Source: Podarcis cretensis (Eukaryota). Taken from it: a stretch of DNA of 64,000 nt. Position numbers and translations under genes: made by a program. Below the pieces are notes generated by a model that was not told the DNA's origin, ran no database searches, and saw only the letters and a list, made by a program, of their open reading frames with translations. Shown piece after piece: positions 62,501 to 64,000 of the stretch (position 1 is its first letter; each line of letters opens with the position of its first letter). Location of the stretch: positions 74,276,001-74,340,000 of the forward strand of contig OX638149.1 of NCBI GenBank assembly GCA_951804945.1. Reading direction: 5' to 3'.

Positions 62501-63793
62501 CAGTGCTGTAAATGATGAACAATACAGACTTTTCATTAACAGACAAGCTTATTAAATCTACCCTAATCATTTTAAGGCAGTCATGGAAGAAGCATATGGA
62601 ATTATTACCAAGAGATGCTATCCCTGCCTCTTAAAAATGCCATTAATTTATTAAACCAAATAACTATGATTCAATGTATAAACAAAATTTTGTGTGAAGT
62701 ATATATGAAGAATGTGCTTTATGCTTTGCTGAACATTTTATTTTTGGTCATGAGTTTTGGAAATGCCCTCCCTGCTTGAACATTAAACACCATTTCTTTC
62801 TTTGCACTTTCAACTTGCAGTTTGTGAAACCTACCGTTGTCCTGAATTTAAGTGTTTATTAGGGATGTCCTTGGTGGAAGTATGGAGCCCAGAAAAGTGT
62901 TGTCCATATCGTACATGTGGTAATTACAGTTCTTTTCAATGTCCTTTAATTAGGTTACATCAATTTATCTTGCAGTATAAAAAGGCAATGTTGAATTAAT
63001 ATTGAAAATCTAGCAATGTCTGGAGCCATCAGTAGCCTAACTATGGTGTGGGCCAATTGAGGTGTCTTATAGAGAGGCAATTTGACCCAGGTGCTTGCAG
63101 GCTGGGACAACGCAGCTTGTTTGCACAGCTCAGCTGGGGATCAGGAAGGTTACTGCTCCCCAGCTGAGACAGGGGCTTTTTCAGAGCAGGAAGAGTGGGC
63201 AGCTGGGGAGGTTGCAGAGTGTTTGATGGAAAGGGGGAAAGATGTGTGCACTACCCATGCCCCCTTAATAACAATAAAGTAAGCTCAACCCTACATCTAC
63301 TAAACATCTGAGGAAATTTGAACGTTATTTGAGAATGAAGAAGATTGGAATGCTCTGTCTCAGGGGAATAAAACTTTAGAGAAACTGGATGACTGTTGAG
63401 AATACTGCTTTTGTAGGATGAAGTGACTCTAGTCCAGGCATAGGCTAACTTGGCCCTCCAGCTGTTTTGGGACTACAACTCCCATCATCCCTAGCTAACA
63501 GGACCAATGGTCAGGGATGACGGGGATTGTATTCTCAAATAATCCGGAGGGCCGAGTTTGCCTATGCGTGCTCTAGTCCATAAAGTGTGTGCCACAATAA
63601 ATCTGCTAGTAATTAAGGTGCTACAAGACTTGTTTATGGAATGCCTGGCAACGTTGAACTGCATCATTTTAGGAAATAATTTTGTCTGTTGATTGCTTGC
63701 ATTCATGAAAGTGTATGAACATTTATTCTGTCACTTCCCTTCCCCATTTTAGAATGTGCATGTGAAACCGTTCCTAAGCCTCAGTGTAAACTG
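230..63793 (+). CDS. OTOG: Otogelin, partial spliced CDS (38 exons in window; 5' and 3' ends outside window)
   Basis: Manual splicing gives one open frame of ~2,697 codons with VWD/C8/TIL modules, an AbfB-like insert and a large PTS exon. Peptides such as [36 protein letters not shown] and VLGKGPY match otogelin as recalled. The long PTS exon argues against OTOGL. Confidence 0.95.
612..945 (-). mobile_element. L2-clade LINE ORF2 C-terminal fragment (degenerate)
   Basis: Minus-strand peptides [25 protein letters not shown] and [16 protein letters not shown] are typical of L2 ORF2; boundaries approximate. Confidence 0.8.
1184..1420 (+). mobile_element. Penelope-like element remnant (inverted pseudo-LTR hairpin)
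   Basis: 71-bp inverted arms 1220-1290/1295-1365 (1 mismatch); 13-bp TSD GCAGCTTTTAACT at 1171-1183 and 1421-1433; second copy at 62034-62179. Confidence 0.65.
1290..1324 (+). ncRNA. Minimal type-I hammerhead ribozyme core (probably defective copy)
   Basis: CUGAAGA-A-GUGUGC-AU-GCACAC-GAAA-GCUC-AUACC: catalytic boxes, helix II and a palindromic AGCU in place of helix III; the 5' strand of helix I is missing. Confidence 0.45.
1651..1759 (+). CDS. OTOG: OTOG exon w2 (TIL end/E module)
   Basis: ttttag|..|gttagt; [35 protein letters not shown]; phase 1-2. Confidence 0.93.
2532..2578 (+). CDS. OTOG: OTOG exon w3
   Basis: ttttcag|..|gtatgt; [15 protein letters not shown]; phase 2-1. Confidence 0.92.
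2866..3011 (+). CDS. OTOG: OTOG exon w4 (VWD2 start)
   Basis: tttttag|..|gtaagg; [37 protein letters not shown]; phase 1-0. Confidence 0.95.
3379..3934 (-). mobile_element. L2-clade LINE 3' end (5'-truncated) with AT-rich simple-repeat tail
   Basis: ORF 3559..3777 [29 protein letters not shown]; (TTAA)n tail at 3385-3414; similar to 55848-56530. Confidence 0.85.
3945..4116 (-). mobile_element. Degenerate tRNA-derived SINE (Squam3-like)
   Basis: Similar in reverse complement to the copy at 53028-53200 and in same orientation to 6245-6660. Confidence 0.5.
4290..4345 (-). mobile_element. L2-clade LINE extreme 3' fragment
   Basis: cccatctggctgggtttccccagccactctgggcggcttcca matches 3421-3462. 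Confidence 0.7.
4842..4943 (-). mobile_element. RTE-BovB LINE 3' terminus nested in a hAT-type MITE
   Basis: Reverse complement reads gtccatggggtcacgaagagtcgaacacgactaaacgactaaac(aac)n; 11-bp TSD TCCACATGTTG at 4831-4841 and 4944-4954. Confidence 0.75.
6245..6660 (-). mobile_element. Squam3-like SINE interrupted by a Tc1/mariner-type MITE (6402-6639)
   Basis: SINE-like flanks (cataggaagctgc..; gggatcttctgtg|tgcaaggcatgtgc); insert has imperfect TIRs cagtcatacct/aggttccactg with TA/TG flanks. Confidence 0.6.
6745..6923 (+). mobile_element. CR1 LINE 3' UTR fragment
   Basis: ..gatgctggactagatggtcactggcctgatccagcaggctcttcttatcttctta terminal motif; related reverse copies at 16170-16706 and 51720-51810. 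Confidence 0.65.
7138..7270 (+). CDS. OTOG: OTOG exon w5 (VWD2)
   Basis: ttctag|..|gtaagt; [44 protein letters not shown]; phase 0-1. Confidence 0.94.
8164..8341 (+). CDS. OTOG: OTOG exon w6 (VWD2)
   Basis: tactag|..|gtatgt; [30 protein letters not shown]; phase 1-2. Confidence 0.93.
8702..8773 (+). mobile_element. L2-clade LINE extreme 3' fragment
   Basis: ttggaagcagcccagagtggctgggg..gatgggcagg plus (AAAAT)n tail; reverse complement of the 3415-3465 terminus. Confidence 0.7.
8905..9029 (+). CDS. OTOG: OTOG exon w7 (VWD2 end)
   Basis: gggaaag|..|gtaagt; [32 protein letters not shown]; phase 2-1; atypical AAG acceptor. Confidence 0.9.
9921..10133 (+). CDS. OTOG: OTOG exon w8 (C8 domain)
   Basis: taacag|..|gtaagt; [55 protein letters not shown]; phase 1-1. 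Confidence 0.95.
11094..11259 (+). CDS. OTOG: OTOG exon w9 (TIL)
   Basis: gcttag|..|gtaggt; [43 protein letters not shown]; phase 1-2. Confidence 0.92.
12109..12183 (+). CDS. OTOG: OTOG exon w10
   Basis: ttatag|..|gtaagc; [24 protein letters not shown]; phase 2-2. Confidence 0.93.
12591..12749 (+). mobile_element. Sauria SINE, 5'-truncated
   Basis: Matches the 3' half of the 15702-16055 copy; imperfect TSD tttaata(g/c)tcaatt. Confidence 0.85.
12953..12996 (+). CDS. OTOG: OTOG exon w11
   Basis: tttcag|..|gtatgt; [14 protein letters not shown]; phase 2-1; followed by a 77-nt intron. Confidence 0.9.
13074..13224 (+). CDS. OTOG: OTOG exon w12 (TIL'-like)
   Basis: ttgtag|..|gtaagt; [44 protein letters not shown]; phase 1-2. 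Confidence 0.93.
15702..16055 (+). mobile_element. Sauria SINE (Squam1/POM-like), full length
   Basis: tRNA-like head with A/B-box-like motifs, (ACCTTT)n tail, 13-bp TSD CTAAGCTCAGTAA at 15687-15699 and 16056-16068. Confidence 0.9.
16170..16706 (-). mobile_element. CR1 LINE 3' fragment (degenerate)
   Basis: Reverse-complement similarity to 6745-6923 followed by CR1-like ORF2 remnant; boundaries approximate. Confidence 0.65.
17918..18025 (+). CDS. OTOG: OTOG exon w13
   Basis: ttatag|..|gtgagt; [35 protein letters not shown]; phase 2-2. Confidence 0.94.
19891..20411 (-). mobile_element. 5'-truncated LINE with C-terminal zinc-knuckle remnant (RTE-X-like)
   Basis: Minus strand encodes [41 protein letters not shown]..; AATAAA near the 3' end; TSD GTAAATAT(T/G)TAT at 19879-19890 and 20412-20423. 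Confidence 0.65.
21238..21376 (+). CDS. OTOG: OTOG exon w14 (VWD3 start)
   Basis: caccag|..|gtaaga; [46 protein letters not shown]; phase 2-0. Confidence 0.94.
21668..21802 (+). CDS. OTOG: OTOG exon w15 (VWD3)
   Basis: ctgcag|..|gtaagc; [45 protein letters not shown]; phase 0-0. Confidence 0.94.
21980..22205. mobile_element. Tc1/mariner (Tigger-like) MITE, 226 bp
   Basis: TIR CAGTGGTACCT/AGGTACCACTG, TA TSD; homologous to 30265-30490 (opposite orientation) and 49018-49241. Confidence 0.85.
22527..22600 (+). mobile_element. Sauria SINE 3' fragment
   Basis: gtgagatgagtgcagcacccc..gactggacttaa..ttacctttt resembles the SINE 3' end. Confidence 0.6.
22620..22900 (+). mobile_element. Old L2-clade LINE fragment
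   Basis: agactagattgatgcaacacactctatgtggggttgcccttaaagctgcagctggtacagaatgcagc corresponds to a frameshifted RLDxCNxLYVGLPL..LQLVQNAA. Confidence 0.6.
23070..23216 (+). CDS. OTOG: OTOG exon w16 (VWD3)
   Basis: taacag|..|gtaaga; [49 protein letters not shown]; phase 0-0. Confidence 0.94.
23671..23790 (+). CDS. OTOG: OTOG exon w17 (VWD3 end)
   Basis: ttttag|..|gtaaat; [40 protein letters not shown]; phase 0-0. Confidence 0.95.
24177..24220. repeat. (GAGT)n/(GT)n microsatellite
   Basis: Direct reading. Confidence 0.9.
24420..24493. repeat. Compound (CA)n(GA)n microsatellite
   Basis: Direct reading; ~100 nt upstream of exon w18. Confidence 0.95.
24595..24711 (+). CDS. OTOG: OTOG exon w18 (C8)
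   Basis: attcag|..|gtaagt; [39 protein letters not shown]; phase 0-0. Confidence 0.95.
25888..26044 (+). CDS. OTOG: OTOG exon w19 (C8)
   Basis: cttcag|..|gtaagt; [52 protein letters not shown]; phase 0-1. Confidence 0.96.
26521..26816 (+). mobile_element. Sauria SINE with internal deletion
   Basis: Head and (ACCTTT)n tail present; lacks the ~60-nt gtttcgccagaag..ggctccc segment; TSD tacaagaa(g/a)tgtga. Confidence 0.9.
27208..27234 (+). CDS. OTOG: OTOG exon w20 (27-nt micro-exon)
   Basis: Long pyrimidine tract, cctttag|..|gtaagc; (P)YDCEYINK; phase 1-1; supplies the PYDC..NKV peptide expected from the ortholog. Confidence 0.9.
30018..30185 (+). CDS. OTOG: OTOG exon w21 (AbfB-like domain, part 1)
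   Basis: tgacag|..|gtaaac; [28 protein letters not shown]; phase 1-1. Confidence 0.93.
30265..30490. mobile_element. Tc1/mariner (Tigger-like) MITE, 226 bp
   Basis: TIR CAGTGGTACCTC/GAGGTACCACTG, TA TSD. Confidence 0.85.
33790..34068 (+). CDS. OTOG: OTOG exon w22 (AbfB-like domain, part 2)
   Basis: ttccag|..|gtaagt; [44 protein letters not shown]; phase 1-1. Confidence 0.94.
35198..35366. mobile_element. Tc1/mariner-superfamily MITE (Tc2-like termini)
   Basis: TIR CCGTATTTTT/AAAAATACGG flanked by TA. Confidence 0.75.
35560..36180 (-). mobile_element. Highly degenerate L2-clade LINE internal fragment
   Basis: RT-region remnants on the minus strand (reverse complement of gagaacaatatggaatcttgtggcaccc gives GVPQDSILF; EDVDKIL motif in ORF 36053..36253); boundaries approximate. 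Confidence 0.5.
39976..40093 (+). CDS. OTOG: OTOG exon w23 (TIL-like)
   Basis: ttctag|..|gtaagt; [38 protein letters not shown]; phase 1-2; in-frame alternative start at 39997. Confidence 0.88.
41465..41561. repeat. 45-bp local tandem duplication
   Basis: caagtat(g/t)cctgttcaggtgttttgtcaattgggctcctaaggat at 41465-41509 and 41517-41561. Confidence 0.9.
41648..41727 (+). CDS. OTOG: OTOG exon w24
   Basis: ttttag|..|gtacgt; [26 protein letters not shown]; phase 2-1. Confidence 0.93.
42544..45713 (+). CDS. OTOG: OTOG exon w25 (3,170-nt Pro/Thr/Ser-rich mucin-like domain)
   Basis: tttcag|GCATTGAACCT..TGTGTA|gtgagt; overlaps ORF 42630..45749 in frame; T/S/P-rich with no internal Cys; phase 1-0. 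Confidence 0.94.
46883..47051 (+). CDS. OTOG: OTOG exon w26 (D4 N-terminal Cys-rich module)
   Basis: tcttag|..|gtaagt; [38 protein letters not shown]; phase 0-1. Confidence 0.94.
47560..48295 (+). mobile_element. Old L2-clade LINE 3' part, interrupted by a MITE
   Basis: ORFs 47656 (HKALNNL) and 47781 ([22 protein letters not shown]); A-rich tail near 48280-48300. Confidence 0.7.
48050..48184. mobile_element. hAT-type palindromic MITE (~135 bp)
   Basis: CAGGCA..TGCCTG ends, long internal inverted repeat ccctccagctgttttgggactacaa/ttgtagtcccaaaacagctggaggg; homologous to 48756 and 63435 copies. Confidence 0.8.
48497..48642 (+). CDS. OTOG: OTOG exon w27 (VWD4 start)
   Basis: gatcag|..|gtaatg; [35 protein letters not shown]; phase 1-0. 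Confidence 0.92.
48756..48891. mobile_element. hAT-type palindromic MITE
   Basis: TIR CAGGCATAGGCAAACTCG/CGAGTTTGCCTATGCCTG; 8-bp TSD CATTAA(A/T)G. Confidence 0.85.
49018..49241. mobile_element. Tc1/mariner (Tigger-like) MITE
   Basis: CAGTGGTA..TACCACTG termini, TA TSD; homologous to the 21980 copy. Confidence 0.85.
49441..49530 (+). CDS. OTOG: OTOG exon w28 (VWD4)
   Basis: attcag|..|gtaaag; [30 protein letters not shown]; phase 0-0. Confidence 0.92.
50319..50445 (-). mobile_element. L2-clade LINE 3' terminus with (AAT)n/(ATTT)n tail
   Basis: ataccccgcccatctggctaggtttcctcagccactctgggcagcttccaacag matches 3413-3467. Confidence 0.75.
50800..50983 (+). CDS. OTOG: OTOG exon w29 (VWD4)
   Basis: ctccag|..|gtaagc; [32 protein letters not shown]; phase 0-1. 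Confidence 0.93.
51516..51552. repeat. (CA)n microsatellite
   Basis: Direct reading. Confidence 0.95.
53028..53200 (+). mobile_element. Squam3-like tRNA-derived SINE
   Basis: tagttcagtgacaga (A-box-like), ggtccctggttcaga (B-box-like), body ctgaaaccctggggaggcactgccagtcagtctagac. Confidence 0.6.
54161..54381 (+). CDS. OTOG: OTOG exon w30 (VWD4 end/C8 start)
   Basis: gtgcag|..|gtatgt; [32 protein letters not shown]; phase 1-0. Confidence 0.94.
54616..54796 (-). mobile_element. Sauria SINE, 5'-truncated, with telomere-like insert next to its tail
   Basis: Reverse complement of the SINE 3' half; TTAGGG-like hexamers at 54631-54656. Confidence 0.85.
55659..55797 (+). CDS. OTOG: OTOG exon w31 (C8)
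   Basis: gttaag|..|gtaagt; [46 protein letters not shown]; phase 0-1. Confidence 0.9.
55848..56530 (-). mobile_element. L2-clade LINE 3' end
   Basis: ORF 55925..56662: [59 protein letters not shown]. Confidence 0.88.
57043..57237 (+). CDS. OTOG: OTOG exon w32 (TIL)
   Basis: tgctag|..|gtaagt; [48 protein letters not shown]; phase 1-1. Confidence 0.9.
58525..58737 (+). CDS. OTOG: OTOG exon w33 (VWC-like)
   Basis: atttag|..|gtaagt; [44 protein letters not shown]; phase 1-1. Confidence 0.93.
59536..59573. repeat. (CT)n microsatellite
   Basis: Direct reading; ~80 nt upstream of exon w34. Confidence 0.95.
59652..59756 (+). CDS. OTOG: OTOG exon w34 (Cys-rich module)
   Basis: aaaaag|..|gtaggt; [34 protein letters not shown]; phase 1-1. 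Confidence 0.88.
59836..60205 (+). mobile_element. Sauria SINE, full length
   Basis: Head, body and (ACCTTT)n tail; 12-bp TSD ACTGTTATTATT at 59824-59835 and 60206-60217. Confidence 0.9.
61190..61300 (+). CDS. OTOG: OTOG exon w35 (Cys-rich module)
   Basis: tttcag|..|gtattc; [36 protein letters not shown]; phase 1-1. Confidence 0.9.
62034..62179 (+). mobile_element. Penelope-like element remnant, second copy
   Basis: Near-identical to 1295-1420; short inverted arm; TSD AGATGTAAGGTT at 62022-62033 and 62180-62191. Confidence 0.65.
62348..62449 (+). CDS. OTOG: OTOG exon w36 (Cys-rich module)
   Basis: tatcag|..|gtgagt; [33 protein letters not shown]; phase 1-1. Confidence 0.93.
62821..62919 (+). 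CDS. OTOG: OTOG exon w37 (Cys-rich module)
   Basis: ttgcag|..|gtaatt; [32 protein letters not shown]; phase 1-1. Confidence 0.93.
63435..63570. mobile_element. hAT-type palindromic MITE
   Basis: Perfect 8-bp TSD CTCTAGTC at 63427-63434 and 63571-63578; homologous to the 48756 copy. Confidence 0.85.
63753..63793 (+). CDS. OTOG: OTOG exon w38
   Basis: ttttag|..|gtaagg; [13 protein letters not shown]; phase 1-0. Confidence 0.9.
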
Positions 63794-63937
63794 GTAAGGA
63801 GGAAATCCTATTAAAACACATTTTAAATGTTATTCTAATACAATGAACTGCCTGCAAATTGTGCTGTGCATCTTTGTCTCCAGTCATATTTGACATAGAC
63901 TGAATTTGTTGCCATTATTTATATTGATGAACAAGAA

Positions 63938-64000
63938 TGAGAGGAGACTGAGAGGAGATATGACAGTCATCTTCAAATATCTTAAGGGTTGTCATGCGGA
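63938..64000 (+). mobile_element. CR1 LINE ORF2 C-terminal fragment (runs off window)
   Basis: Translates ERRLRGDMTVIFKYLKGCHA, the typical CR1 RRLRGD..FKYLKG motif. Confidence 0.75.

Noticed and set aside
230-63793. Alternative identity as OTOGL, VWF, MUC2/5/19 or SCO-spondin
   Set aside because: The AbfB-like insert points to the otogelins, and the long PTS exon plus recalled peptide matches favour OTOG. Reciprocal BLAST and synteny would confirm.
1-64000. Remaining 60-165 aa ORFs in the track as nested genes
   Set aside because: They are explained by OTOG exon read-through, TE remnants, microsatellites or chance; I saw no spliceable minus-strand exon chain.

Overview
Eukaryotic, AT-rich vertebrate genomic DNA, most likely from a lacertid lizard, judged from its Sauria SINEs, Squam3-like SINEs and BovB, L2 and CR1 fragments. 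The whole window lies inside one + strand gene, otogelin (OTOG), the inner-ear gel-forming mucin/VWF-family glycoprotein. I traced 38 consecutive coding exons (230..63793; 8,093 nt, about 2,697 codons). All have GT-AG boundaries, matching phases and no stops. They encode TIL/E modules, VWD2-C8-TIL, VWD3-C8, an AbfB-like domain, a single 3,170-nt Pro/Thr/Ser mucin exon, VWD4-C8-TIL and Cys-rich C-terminal modules. The start codon, D1 and the cystine knot lie outside the window. Exon numbers are window-relative. Introns are full of LINE fragments, SINEs and MITEs, and most short ORFs in the track are noise or TE remnants. I found no convincing new multi-gene system. The most interesting signals are: a TSD-flanked Penelope-like hairpin carrying a minimal hammerhead ribozyme core; a mucin domain in which all 6 Asn lie in N-glycosylation sequons; telomere-like TTAGGG repeats inside a SINE; and several atypical splice acceptors. 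Family assignments and ortholog comparisons come from recognition and memory, not database searches.
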